From an uncultured Methanosarcinales archaeon (GTDB lineage Archaea > Nanobdellota > Nanobdellia > Woesearchaeales > JABIAG01), in NCBI GenBank assembly GCA_964544335.1, contig CAZJAJ010000003.1:11589-75588 (forward strand): a stretch of 64,000 nucleotides of DNA, given 5' to 3'. Positions 38,887-48,665 of this stretch are shown here, piece by piece (within the stretch, counting starts at the first letter, position 1; each line of letters begins with the position of its first letter). A program made the position numbers and the translations under genes. Under the pieces are notes generated by a model. That model ran no database searches and was not told where the DNA came from. It was given only the letters and a program-made list of their open reading frames with translations.

Positions 38887-39243
38887 TAAGAAGAAGGTAA
38901 GCCGCCTTCTGTTGCCAGCCTATGTGGCAGTGTGACATTCTACTTAGCGCCCAAAACGGACTTGCACCGGCCAGGTCTGCTACACGCATTATGCGTGCAC
39001 AAGGTGGAATATCACCTCACGTTTCATCCTCGCTGCAGGAAACATCAGGATTGCTCCATCATCTTTTACCTGCGAAGGTATCGTTTCTGCTCAGTTGCCC
39101 AAGGATCACTCCCTGATGACTTTCGTCATTAACTGCTTATTGGTGGGCGGACTTTCCTCAGTGTGGCTCAAAAGCCTCGATGATTTTGTGAAACATCGCA
39201 TATCGTTTGAAGGATATACACCGTGAGTCACCTCTTCTTCTTA
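38887..39243 (-). ncRNA. rnpB: RNase P RNA
   Basis: CR-I GAGGAAAGTCCGCC, CR-II GCAGAAA, CR-III TGAAAC and CR-V AACAGAAGGCGGCTTA; P1 TAAGAAGAAG/CTTCTTCTTA; TATA near 39267. Confidence 0.95.
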
Positions 39244-39286
39244 GTATATGGGATGTTTTTGTAGTATTTAAAGGTGTAGGGTAGAG

Positions 39287-39799
39287 TTAGAGTATTTTTT
39301 GGTAATTGAACTTCTCTAGCTGTGATTGAATGTCCTTGTAGGTTTTTCCACAAATTATACCACCTGCCACAAATTCTTCCTTGGTAATGTCTGCTCCACA
39401 AAAAGAAGGTGGTGTGAATGCATCTCTTTGCTCAAGAGAGGTAAATTCAAAGTCAACTACAACAAGTCCCTTGAGATCTGCTTGAAACACATCAATTTCT
39501 GCAGTGTGCTCATTTACTTTGTAGAAGTATCGTATTTTGTGAACTTTTTTGCCATCAATTTGTGAAAGAGCTAAAAATTCGTCTTCTGTAAGGTGAATCG
39601 TTTCTTCTTTTTGATGTGATGGATCATTATCGATGGGTTGTTTTTTTGTTAATTCAAATTTGGTTCCATTTTTTCTTAGTCGAAGAACTGGATGTCTGTC
39701 TGATTTTGGGATGTATACGTCAATTATTTCCTTACTTGGATATTGATTTAAGTCTTGTGGGATTGATGTTGCTAGAAATGTTCGTTCAATTTCAATCAT
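39287..39799 (-). CDS. CYTH-domain (triphosphate tunnel) protein
   Basis: EIERTF, LRLRK, KIRY and EIDVF. Confidence 0.85.
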   Translation of the reverse strand: MIEIERTFLATSIPQDLNQYPSKEIIDVYIPKSDRHPVLRLRKNGTKFELTKKQPIDNDPSHQKEETIHLTEDEFLALSQIDGKKVHKIRYFYKVNEHTAEIDVFQADLKGLVVVDFEFTSLEQRDAFTPPSFCGADITKEEFVAGGIICGKTYKDIQSQLEKFNYQKIL

Positions 39800-40079
39800 C
39801 TTGCTCTTCTTTCATCTTCTCTACAGCGTTTTGAAATGCTTCAATTTGCTTGTCAGATAAAGCTTTGAATTTGAGGTATTTGATTTTAATGTCACGAAGA
39901 AACATGCTTTTTTCGTAGTATTCTTCTGGTATTGCAAAGAGTTTTTTTACTTTTGGATCTTCAATCTCGCCTTCCATTTCTGGTTTTTGACAGTTGTAAC
40001 AGATTGGGAATCTGTTTCGTGGTGTTGTGAGAACGTATTTCTTTTTGCATCTAAAACAGAGTTGCTTATATTTTACCAT
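39792..40079 (-). CDS. hypothetical Zn-binding protein
   Basis: CFRC...CYNC and LSDKQIEAF; start moved to the ATG at 40079. Confidence 0.7.
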   Translation of the reverse strand: MVKYKQLCFRCKKKYVLTTPRNRFPICYNCQKPEMEGEIEDPKVKKLFAIPEEYYEKSMFLRDIKIKYLKFKALSDKQIEAFQNAVEKMKEEQDD

Positions 40080-40141
40080 TACGAGTCCTAGAGAGAGATC
40101 ATTTATAGTCTTTTCGATAACAAAAAACGTGGTTTTTATGA

Positions 40142-41125
40142 TCAATCCTTTTTCTTTAGCCAGAGTATTTTGAATTCACCTTTTCCTGAGTGGATAGTTG
40201 CTTCTTTTTCTGTAGAGAAGTAGTTGTTGTCTACGGTAACGTGTGGTTCTACAAGCAGCACGGTTTTTTTGGCGATGTAGTGTGCTTGATGACAGAATTG
40301 ATAGAAGTCTTTTTCTGAGAGTCTTGGGATGAATGTAGCAATGAGATCTATTTGATGTTCTTCGAACTTTTGATCGAGTGCTTCAATATTTGTTCGTGCT
40401 ACATCTATTCCTTTGGTTGCTGATATTTTGAGATTCTTTTTGAGTGCTGCAACGTCTTTGAATTCAGGAGAGGAAGCATAGATCTCTGCTGTTTGGTCCT
40501 CTTCCTCCATGTCTTCGAATAGATCTTCAAAATCAATGTCTTTGTAGTGTTGTGATTTCGTAAATCGCATGTGATCCCAATCAAAGTATCGTGGTGATCT
40601 TCTTTGTTGCATATGTAGTGCTTCTATTGTAATGGTTCCATCTTTTGCTAATGGATCAAGTAGAGATGTTTTTTTGGTATACCCTGCCATTCTCAGAAAA
40701 GAGTAGGCAAGTGTTCCTTTGAGTGATTGTTTGTTGGTAAATACCCTGTAGTTTCGTTTTGGCATTTCACCTGTGAAGTCAATGTATGTTTTACTATTGT
40801 ATACATAGAATTGTACTTCTGGTTTTTTGAGATCTACTGTGTAGATATTGTCCTTGTTTATTTCTGCACCAACATCGATTTCTTCTTTTTTGTTTTCAGA
40901 GCGTACACAAAACGTCATGCCTTCTTCTAGCCAATTTTCTGCTTTGTCTTCAAGCAGAACACGAAGGGTTGCTTGAGAGAGGTAGCAATATGTGAAGAGT
41001 TCTTCTTCAGAGCAGGAAAATGAGATTGCACTTTCTTGAATGGTTGCATTTTTTCCTAGAAGTTCCTTTACTTCTGTCTTTGCAGCTTCTTCTGCTCCTT
41101 TGTGCACGAGTGATATGATGTTCAT
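40142..41125 (-). CDS. THUMP-domain RNA methyltransferase-like protein (degenerate)
   Basis: VDLKKPE (THUMP end), KRNYRVF..SLKGTLA, LLDPLAKDGTITIEA; no N/DPPY motif. Confidence 0.7.
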   Translation of the reverse strand: MNIISLVHKGAEEAAKTEVKELLGKNATIQESAISFSCSEEELFTYCYLSQATLRVLLEDKAENWLEEGMTFCVRSENKKEEIDVGAEINKDNIYTVDLKKPEVQFYVYNSKTYIDFTGEMPKRNYRVFTNKQSLKGTLAYSFLRMAGYTKKTSLLDPLAKDGTITIEALHMQQRRSPRYFDWDHMRFTKSQHYKDIDFEDLFEDMEEEDQTAEIYASSPEFKDVAALKKNLKISATKGIDVARTNIEALDQKFEEHQIDLIATFIPRLSEKDFYQFCHQAHYIAKKTVLLVEPHVTVDNNYFSTEKEATIHSGKGEFKILWLKKKD

Positions 41126-41196
41126 AGTGTTATGAAAGTATGTTTGCTTAAAATGCTTTTGTCTTTAGTGTGCTGATTAGAGAAATAAGAGAATAA

Positions 41197-43887
41197 TTAG
41201 ATGAAATCTTCTGGTTCATCTTCGTCGTCTTCAGAATCTTCTTCAGGCTCATCAACGGTTTCTTGAACATCTTCGAGTTCTTTTTTGATGGATTCCTCAA
41301 TGTCATCGTCATCATCTTCGATTTCTGGTTCTGTTTCTTTTGCTGCTTGCTTTGATACTTTTTTGGGTTCTGATTCGTCTTCGACATCTGCTACAGGTGT
41401 TGTTGGTGTTTCTTCTGCTTTTGCTTCTTCTACATCAGTGTCGTCTACGTCTTCTTTTGGACATTTTGCAACAGCCATTACTTGATCGCCATCTTTTACT
41501 CTCATAACTCTCACACCTTGTGTGTTTCGACCAATTGTTGAGATGTCATTTGCATTTACTCTGATTGCAACACCGTTCTTTGAGATGAGTAGGATGTCTT
41601 CACCATCAGTGATGTGTTTAATTGCAACAACGCTTCCGTTTTTGTCTGTTGTTTTGATATTGATTACTCCAGAACCACCTCTGTTAATGAGTCGGTAATC
41701 TTCGATGATCGTTTGTTTTCCAAATCCTTTGTTGGTTATGGTGAGCAGTTTATTTTCATCTCTTGCTTTAACCATACCTACGACTTCATCATTGCTTCCA
41801 ACTTTAATTCCACGTACACCGCGTGCTGATCTTCCCATTACTCGAAGATCTGTTTCTTTGAATTTGACTGCTCGTCCATTTTTGGTTGCAAGAACAATTT
41901 GTTGTTTACCGTCTGTTGGTACAACTGTGATGAGTTCATCATTTTCTGCAAGACTGAGTGCAATGATACCACCATTTCTTGGTCGCGCAAAGTTATCAAG
42001 TGATGTTCGCTTTGCTGTTCCGTTTTTGGTTGCAAATACCAAATATTTTCCTTTTTCAAAATGACGGATTGGAATGACTGTTGTTACTTTCTCACCTTTT
42101 TCTGTTCTTATGAGATTAATGATTGGTGTTCCTTTTGCTGTTCGTGAACTTTCAGGCAATTTGTATACTTTTTTCCAGTATACTTTTCCTTTGTCTGTAA
42201 AGATAAGAAGGTATGCGTGTGTTGATGCGATGAAGAGTTCTTCTACAAAGTCTTCTTCTTTTGTTGTTGCTGCAATAATTCCTTTCCCACCTCGTCCTTG
42301 TGCTCGGTATGTTGAGAGTGGTACACGTTTTACGTACCCTGCGTGTGTTAGGGTAACTACCATGGTTTCTTCTTTGATGAGATCTTCGTCCTCAATATCT
42401 TCGATTTCACCTTCTTCAAGGTCAGTTCGTCTTCCATCTCCATAGAGACGTTTCATTTCAGCTAGTTCTTCTTTTATGATTTTGAGAATTTCACTATCAT
42501 TTGCTAGAATGAATTCTAATTCTTTAATTCTCTTGAGTAGCTCTTCTTGTTCATCACGAAGTTTTTTTTGTTCGAGTGATGAGAGTTTTTGTAGTCTCAT
42601 TTCAAGAATTGCTTTTGCTTGTTTTTCAGAGAGTGAGTAGTCTGCTTGTAGTGTTGCGGATGCTTCTTGTGCGTTTGCGGATTTTTTTATTTTTTCAACT
42701 ACCGCATCAATGTGATCTAGTGCAATTACTAGACCTGCTACAATGTGTTCTCTGTCTTTTGCAACTTGTAATTCGTATGCTGTTCTTCTCGTTACTACGA
42801 GTTTTCTGTGCTTAAGAAACTCACTGAGCATTTCTTTTAGACCAAGTACTTTTGGCTCTTTGTCTACAATAGAGAGCATGAGCATACTAAATGATTCTTG
42901 TAATCTTGAGTGTTTGAAGAGTTGATTGAGTACAACGGTTTCGTTTGCGCTTTGTTTGAGTTCAACCACTATTCGCATACCTTCTCTGTCGGATTCATCA
43001 CGAAGATCTGATACCCCTTCGATTCGTTTGTCTCGTACATTTTCTGCGATTTGTTGAAGAAGATTTGATTTGTTTACCATGTATGGAATTTCGTGAACGA
43101 TAATTTTCTTTTTCCCATTTGTTTCTTCGATACTGGTTTTTGCTTTAACGATGACTTTTCCTCGTCCTTTTGCGTAAGCACTTTTTATTCCCATGGATCC
43201 TGTGATAATTCCACCTGTTGGGAAGTCTGGACCTTTTACGTGTTCCATGAGATCAGTTACTTCACATTCGGGATTATCAATGAGTACTTCCATTGCATCG
43301 CATACTTCTGAGAGATTGTGTGGCGGGATGTTTGTTGCCATTCCCACTGCAATTCCGGATGATCCGTTGATGAGTAAATTTGGAACTTTACATGGAAGGT
43401 ATGCTGGTTCTTTGAGTGATCCATCAAAGTTTTCTACAAAGTCAACAGTATCTTTGTCTAGGTCCTTGAGAATTTCTTCGGAAAGTCTTTGCAGTCTTGC
43501 TTCAGTGTAACGCATTGCTGCTGCTCTATCTCCATCAATGGATCCAAAGTTTCCTTGACCGTTAATCAATGGGTATCGCAGGGAAAATTCTTGTGCCATA
43601 CGTACCATGGAATCGTATACTGCGGTGTCACCGTGCGGGTGATATTTACCAAGTACTTCACCTACAATACGTGCTGATTTTTTGAATGGTTTATTGTGAA
43701 GCATGCCAAGTTCTGACATTGCATAAAGAATTCTTCGGTGGACTGGTTTTAGTCCGTCACGCACGTCAGGGAGCGCTCTTCCGATGATTACACTCATGGA
43801 ATATGCAAGGTAAGACTTCTTCATTTCCTGCTCTATTTCTTGCGGAATGATGTCACTATTTTCAGTCTTATTTTCTTGTTCTTCCAT
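41197..43887 (-). CDS. gyrA: DNA gyrase subunit A
   Basis: [29 protein letters not shown], GyrA-box QGRGGKG and an acidic tail. Confidence 0.97.
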   Translation of the reverse strand: MEEQENKTENSDIIPQEIEQEMKKSYLAYSMSVIIGRALPDVRDGLKPVHRRILYAMSELGMLHNKPFKKSARIVGEVLGKYHPHGDTAVYDSMVRMAQEFSLRYPLINGQGNFGSIDGDRAAAMRYTEARLQRLSEEILKDLDKDTVDFVENFDGSLKEPAYLPCKVPNLLINGSSGIAVGMATNIPPHNLSEVCDAMEVLIDNPECEVTDLMEHVKGPDFPTGGIITGSMGIKSAYAKGRGKVIVKAKTSIEETNGKKKIIVHEIPYMVNKSNLLQQIAENVRDKRIEGVSDLRDESDREGMRIVVELKQSANETVVLNQLFKHSRLQESFSMLMLSIVDKEPKVLGLKEMLSEFLKHRKLVVTRRTAYELQVAKDREHIVAGLVIALDHIDAVVEKIKKSANAQEASATLQADYSLSEKQAKAILEMRLQKLSSLEQKKLRDEQEELLKRIKELEFILANDSEILKIIKEELAEMKRLYGDGRRTDLEEGEIEDIEDEDLIKEETMVVTLTHAGYVKRVPLSTYRAQGRGGKGIIAATTKEEDFVEELFIASTHAYLLIFTDKGKVYWKKVYKLPESSRTAKGTPIINLIRTEKGEKVTTVIPIRHFEKGKYLVFATKNGTAKRTSLDNFARPRNGGIIALSLAENDELITVVPTDGKQQIVLATKNGRAVKFKETDLRVMGRSARGVRGIKVGSNDEVVGMVKARDENKLLTITNKGFGKQTIIEDYRLINRGGSGVINIKTTDKNGSVVAIKHITDGEDILLISKNGVAIRVNANDISTIGRNTQGVRVMRVKDGDQVMAVAKCPKEDVDDTDVEEAKAEETPTTPVADVEDESEPKKVSKQAAKETEPEIEDDDDDIEESIKKELEDVQETVDEPEEDSEDDEDEPEDFI

Positions 43888-43925
43888 GGTATTTCAATTG
43901 GGCATCGATTTATAAGTATTATGCC

Positions 43926-44063
43926 TCAAATACGTTTATAGATTGCGTTTTTTATAAGAAATGACTTCCCACAATAGACGCATTGTTTTCTTTTGTTTGC
44001 AAGTGATCCAAGAGGATTGGTTTTTTGATTATTTCCACACTTTGGACATTTGACGAGAATCAT
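43926..44063 (-). CDS. small Zn-ribbon protein (45 aa, not in ORF track)
   Basis: MILVKCPKCGNNQKTNPLGSLANKRKQCVYCGKSFLIKNAIYKRI; ATGA overlap with the scpB stop. Confidence 0.75.
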   Translation of the reverse strand: MILVKCPKCGNNQKTNPLGSLANKRKQCVYCGKSFLIKNAIYKRI

Positions 44064-44683
44064 TTTTCGAACTCAGAGAGTTGTTTGTTTTCCTTTTTTG
44101 ATTCGAGTACTTGCTGCTGCTGCTTTTCTACTTCTTCTTTTTTTTGCTTTGCTTCTGCTGCTTTTTCCTCGGCATCGTTGATTGATTTTGCAAGGTCTTC
44201 AAATTCTGCAAAGACTTCTTTTACTTTGTCTTTTGGTAGATCAAAGTACTCGAAGAATTTTTGTGTGAGTTTGAGTTTAAATGAACGTCCAAATTTTTCT
44301 TTCATGACATAGCCCATTTCCACGAGGTTTTTAATGTGCTCATATGCGTGCCCACCACGTTGGTTAATGACGTCTGCTTGCAAGATTGGATAGTGAAATG
44401 CAATAACACCAAGTGTTTCAAGTGTTGGTCTATCAAGTTCTGTTTTTGTTACAATGTTTTTTACAAGATCCAAGAATTCATCTTTTACGGTAAGCTTCCA
44501 TTGGTTGTTTTGATTTACAAGTTGAAGTGCTGTTTCTTTTTGTTCGTATTCTTTTTGTAGTTCATCTAATTGGACCTTGAGTTTTTTTGGTGTAAGGCCA
44601 AGAATTTGCATGAGTTCTTCTTCAGTAACCCATCTTCCATAAGCAAATAGTATTGCTTCGGTTTGGAGTAATTGTGGTTTCAC
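44060..44683 (-). CDS. scpB: SMC-Scp complex subunit ScpB
   Basis: EAILF, LETLGVIAF..PI, RG...HIKNL and TQKFFEYF. Confidence 0.9.
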   Translation of the reverse strand: MKPQLLQTEAILFAYGRWVTEEELMQILGLTPKKLKVQLDELQKEYEQKETALQLVNQNNQWKLTVKDEFLDLVKNIVTKTELDRPTLETLGVIAFHYPILQADVINQRGGHAYEHIKNLVEMGYVMKEKFGRSFKLKLTQKFFEYFDLPKDKVKEVFAEFEDLAKSINDAEEKAAEAKQKKEEVEKQQQQVLESKKENKQLSEFEK

Positions 44684-45222
44684 TTTGCGTATTTCTCACC
44701 GTCTTTTTTGATCATGTTTTGTTTTTCCATGTTCCCAAGGATACTATCCATTTGGTCTGCTGGAATGCCAATGATTGCTGAAATTTCTTCTTTTGTTTTT
44801 GGTGTTTCTAATGTATGTATGATGAAATTAGCAAGAAGACGGTTGGTATTTTTTTGCATAATTTTTACTTTTGCATTTGAGTTTTTCAGATGCATATCTA
44901 GTTTATGGATTGTTGCAAGCATATCGTTTAGTGAACTACTAAAGTCTTCTTGTTCCATTTCTAGCTTAGATGGTTCGATAATGTCAATTGATGATGGCAT
45001 AAAGTCAAAGCAAAATTCATATACTTGAATCAGGCTGGCAAACCCCATTTCAATCTCTGCAAAGGTGGAAAATAGATCTTTTTCTTCACTTACTGGAGCA
45101 ATATCTTTCTCAAAGATTTCAAATTTAGATTTATCTAGTTCTTCCATTACTAGATTCATTGTTTTCTCAACGTGCTCCTTTGGAGAACCTGCTATTTCCA
45201 TTATGGTTCTTGCTTTTATCAT
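44680..45222 (-). CDS. conserved archaeal hypothetical protein
   Basis: EIAGSPKEHVE and FMPSSIDIIEP; wHTH-like C-terminus; coupled to scpB. Confidence 0.75.
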   Translation of the reverse strand: MIKARTIMEIAGSPKEHVEKTMNLVMEELDKSKFEIFEKDIAPVSEEKDLFSTFAEIEMGFASLIQVYEFCFDFMPSSIDIIEPSKLEMEQEDFSSSLNDMLATIHKLDMHLKNSNAKVKIMQKNTNRLLANFIIHTLETPKTKEEISAIIGIPADQMDSILGNMEKQNMIKKDGEKYAK

Positions 45223-45364
45223 AGATGATTATTTAGGGCAGTGATTTAAAAAGTTTTGTGGTGTTTTTCCGTATTAGTAGAGGGGAGAGGATAAAATAAC
45301 CACTGGGCAATACTACCAAAAGTTTAAGAAGGGAAAAGAGGATTACTCAGTGGGGGTTACGTAG

Positions 45365-45808
45365 ATGAGACTATTTAAGAAAAAAGAACTGTTTTTACCC
45401 ATTCCACCGCCACCACCATTGGCGTTTGATGAATTGCCTAAGGCAGAGCATGTTCTTGATGCACCAGAGATGATTCCACCTATTAGTGTTCCTTCTGAAA
45501 ATGATGAGCCAGTAGCGCTTCCTGAAGATCACATGGAGAGTACTTCCAAGGCTCCACCAGCCCCTGCTGCTGAGGTAAAAGAGGCTCTGGCTGCTGAAAA
45601 ATATGTTGAAAAGAATGATTACGAGACAGTTCTTTTTGATTTATCTACTATGGAGAGCACCATTAGAGACTCACAAGGCATCATGGACGATTTACTCACA
45701 ATTAAGAGTGATGCAGATCACTCATTAGAAGAATGGAGGGCAACGTTAGAAGACGTAGAAAGGAAACTCTTATATGTCGATAAGGTGTTGTTTGAAACTA
45801 ATGAATAA
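45365..45808 (+). CDS. Pro-rich coiled-coil hypothetical protein
   Basis: PIPPPPP N-terminus; C-terminal EEWRATLEDVERKL. Confidence 0.75.
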   Translation: MRLFKKKELFLPIPPPPPLAFDELPKAEHVLDAPEMIPPISVPSENDEPVALPEDHMESTSKAPPAPAAEVKEALAAEKYVEKNDYETVLFDLSTMESTIRDSQGIMDDLLTIKSDADHSLEEWRATLEDVERKLLYVDKVLFETNE

Positions 45809-45809
45809 A

Positions 45810-46025
45810 ATGCCCGTTTTTATCAAAGTTGATCAGTACGAAGATGTACTTGACCTTCTTGAAGTCGTACGACAAAAAATTGATACTGCAAAAAATACAC
45901 TTTCTCATATTCAAGAACTGAAATTACAGGAAGATGCAAAGCTTCAAGAGTGGTCAACACATTTGCAAGATGTTGAAAGAAAGCTCTCTTCTGTGCATAA
46001 CAGACTTGGAGAACCAAATCAATGA
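45810..46025 (+). CDS. small coiled-coil hypothetical protein
   Basis: MPVFIKVDQYEDVL...QEWSTHLQDVERKL; paralog of the upstream C-terminus. Confidence 0.75.
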   Translation: MPVFIKVDQYEDVLDLLEVVRQKIDTAKNTLSHIQELKLQEDAKLQEWSTHLQDVERKLSSVHNRLGEPNQ

Positions 46026-46345
46026 GTCAAGACTATTTTGTTGGCATCGACCAACCCGTTGAAGTGAGAAGAGATGTTCTAGAATCGTCTCGAAGTGTGC
46101 TAAAAGCACTACAAGCGTATGAGGATCTTGCAGACATTCGAACAAAGAAGATAAAAATTACATTATTATTTCAACATCAACTCAAAGATGTGCAGTCAAG
46201 TATTCGAAAAGTGCGACTAACTCTTCCAAAAATGCAAAACGCGGTACGAACGGGAACGAGTAAAAAAGTCACTTCTGGTGCAGTTAGAGCAATTGAGAAA
46301 GAGCTTGCAAGCATTGAAGAAGAACTTAAAGAGCTGAATTCTTAA
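46022..46345 (+). CDS. coiled-coil hypothetical protein
   Basis: YFVGIDQPVEVRRDVLES; ATGA-coupled to the upstream gene. Confidence 0.75.
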   Translation: MSQDYFVGIDQPVEVRRDVLESSRSVLKALQAYEDLADIRTKKIKITLLFQHQLKDVQSSIRKVRLTLPKMQNAVRTGTSKKVTSGAVRAIEKELASIEEELKELNS

Positions 46346-46392
46346 ATCGATTAATTTTTTATAGAGCGTGTTTTTCTTGACAAAATGTTATT

Positions 46393-46476
46393 GCGCAGTT
46401 TCCGGAGCGGTCAAACGGGATGGACTCAAAATCCATTGGCTTAGTGCCTTCGCAGGTTCGAATCCTGTGCTGCGCA
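46393..46476 (+). tRNA. tRNA-Leu(CAA)
   Basis: Acceptor GCGCAGT/GCTGCGC with A73, anticodon arm ATGGA-CT-CAA-AA-TCCAT, long variable arm, GGTTCGAATCC. Confidence 0.95.
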
Positions 46477-46516
46477 GCCTTTTTCTTCGAGAAGATTTAA
46501 ATATATACTCTGATGC

Positions 46517-47860
46517 ATGGGTTTCATGATTGAAATTCGTGCGATTGGCGGTTATGAACAAGTGGGTGGAAATATGACCGCTGTTCGTGTTGATAATGAA
46601 GTAATTATTCTTGATATGGGTCTTGAGCTGGAATCGTATATTGCAGTTGCAGAAGATGATGAAGTGTTTCACAAGGATGTGAAGGTACTTGAGAAAGTAG
46701 GTGCTATTCCAAAAGTAAGTACACTTAAGGACTGGAAGGAAAAAGTAATTGCGGTTGTTCCAAGTCATGCGCATTTAGATCATATTGGTGCAACACCATT
46801 TTTACTCAAGGAGTTTGATGTTCCTGTGTATTGTACTCCATTTACTTCTACTGTTGTGCAAAAAATTCTTGAAGATGAGAAGATCAAGGTAAAAAATCAA
46901 TTTAGAACATTGTATGCGAACTCAAAGGTGAAGCTTAGTGAGAAGATTACACTTGAGTTTATCCATGTAACGCACTCTACGCCACAAGCTGTTATTGTTG
47001 CTTTGCATACCCCATATGGTACTGTGCTGTATGCTAATGATTTCAAGTTTGATTTGTATCCTGTGCTTGGGAAGAAACCTAATTTTAAACGACTTGAAGA
47101 ACTTGGAAAAAGTGGAGAGGTTGTTGCACTGATTACTGAATCTACGTATGTTGATGATTATAGGAAGATGCCATCAGAAAGTGTTGCAAAGCAAATGCTT
47201 AAGGACATCATGATTGGAAGTTATTCACAGGGCAAGGCCATTGTGGTAACCACGTTTGCATCTCATCTTGCTCGTCTAAAAAGCATTCTTGATTTTTCAA
47301 AGAAACTTGGAAGGAAGCCTATTTTTCTTGGGCGAAGTTTTGCAAAGTACATTGATGCTGGAGAACAAACAGGTATTATTGATTTTTCAAAAGATGCTGA
47401 AATTATTAAGTATCGAACACACATTAATCGAACACTCAAAAAAGTGATGGCTTCTGGAAAAGAGAAATATGTGCTTATTGTAACTGGACACCAAGGGGAG
47501 CCAAAAGCAACGTTGTCTCGGATGGCTCGTGGAGAAACTCCATTTTCATTTGATGGAGAAGACCATATGATTTTTTCATCATCAGTTATTCCAAATCCAC
47601 TTAATCAAGAACGAAGAAAGGAACTTGAAGAGTTGTTGTCACAACATCAGGTTCGAATCTTTAAGGACATTCATGTTTCTGGCCATGCGGCAAGAGAGGA
47701 CCTTCGTGATTTACTACTCATGGTTAAGCCAAAGAATATTATTCCAACACATGGTGAGCACAAGCACAAAGGAGCGTTTTTAGATCTTGCTTTGGAGATG
47801 GGTTTTGCTCGAGATCAGGTGCATATTTTGCGTAATGGCGAGGATATTCGAGTAGATTAA
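46517..47860 (+). CDS. rnj: ribonuclease J (beta-CASP)
   Basis: GGNMTAV, SHAHLDHIG, THSTP, TGHQGEP and HVSGHA. Confidence 0.93.
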   Translation: MGFMIEIRAIGGYEQVGGNMTAVRVDNEVIILDMGLELESYIAVAEDDEVFHKDVKVLEKVGAIPKVSTLKDWKEKVIAVVPSHAHLDHIGATPFLLKEFDVPVYCTPFTSTVVQKILEDEKIKVKNQFRTLYANSKVKLSEKITLEFIHVTHSTPQAVIVALHTPYGTVLYANDFKFDLYPVLGKKPNFKRLEELGKSGEVVALITESTYVDDYRKMPSESVAKQMLKDIMIGSYSQGKAIVVTTFASHLARLKSILDFSKKLGRKPIFLGRSFAKYIDAGEQTGIIDFSKDAEIIKYRTHINRTLKKVMASGKEKYVLIVTGHQGEPKATLSRMARGETPFSFDGEDHMIFSSSVIPNPLNQERRKELEELLSQHQVRIFKDIHVSGHAAREDLRDLLLMVKPKNIIPTHGEHKHKGAFLDLALEMGFARDQVHILRNGEDIRVD

Positions 47861-47918
47861 TTTCTTACTACAATAATGCTTATAAACAACCTCAGATTTG
47901 GTATGTTGGGGGAAACAC

Positions 47919-48665
47919 ATGAAATTAACACTTGCTGAACCAAAGTATTTGAAAGAAAGTATCAATATTATTTCTGAACTCGTAACAGAGGGTAGATTCA
48001 AGATTTCATCAAATGGAGTAGAGCTTGTTGCAATGGATCCGGCAAATGTTGCCATGGTCATTTACAAGTTACTTTCAAGCTGTTTTGTTGAATACAATAT
48101 TGAAGGTGAGAGCGAGCTGTGTGTGAACTTACATAATCTTAAGCAAGTCCTTAGACGAGCAAAACCAAATGATACGTTAACACTTGAAGTGGGTGTTGAT
48201 AATAAGCTCAATGTTATTTTAAAATCAAATACTACGCGTAAATTTTCTCTTCCTATTATTGAAATGGAAGATAAAGAGCAAAAAGTTCCTGAGCTTACTT
48301 TTCCAGTAATTGTTGAGACTGATACTTCACTTATTAGCGATGCTATTGAAGATGTAAGTGTTGTTTCTGAGAGTTTATCGTTGGTGTGTGAGCCAAGTAA
48401 ACTTACCGTTAAAGGTGAAGGGGATATTTCTAAGGCACAGATTGAAATTCCAGGTGATGAAACGACTGTTATTACTAATGATGATAGTGATCCTGTTCGA
48501 TCAAAATATTCTATTGAGTACCTTAAAAAAATGATGATGGGTGGAAAGCTTACTGATAAGGTTAAGTTATTGTTTGATAAGGACTATCCACTCAAGATCG
48601 ACTTTACTGAAGTTGATAAGGTGCAACTGAGTTTTATTCTAGCTCCAAGAGTTGAGAATAATTAG
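47919..48665 (+). CDS. pcn: proliferating cell nuclear antigen (sliding clamp)
   Basis: AMDPANVAMV, YSIEYL, DYPL and FILAPR. Confidence 0.96.
   Translation: MKLTLAEPKYLKESINIISELVTEGRFKISSNGVELVAMDPANVAMVIYKLLSSCFVEYNIEGESELCVNLHNLKQVLRRAKPNDTLTLEVGVDNKLNVILKSNTTRKFSLPIIEMEDKEQKVPELTFPVIVETDTSLISDAIEDVSVVSESLSLVCEPSKLTVKGEGDISKAQIEIPGDETTVITNDDSDPVRSKYSIEYLKKMMMGGKLTDKVKLLFDKDYPLKIDFTEVDKVQLSFILAPRVENN

Noticed and set aside
38761..38900. AAGAAGAAG/AAAAAT repeats as a CRISPR array
   Set aside because: Only two longer copies plus short purine runs, with no regular spacers and no cas genes; they are explained by the P1 strand copy and T-rich terminators.
38603..39132. ORFs overlapping rnpB (38603-38989, 38922-39116, 38932-39132)
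   Set aside because: These are spurious frames within a structured RNA gene.
46388..46774. 128-aa minus-strand ORF
   Set aside because: It is antisense to tRNA-Leu and rnj.
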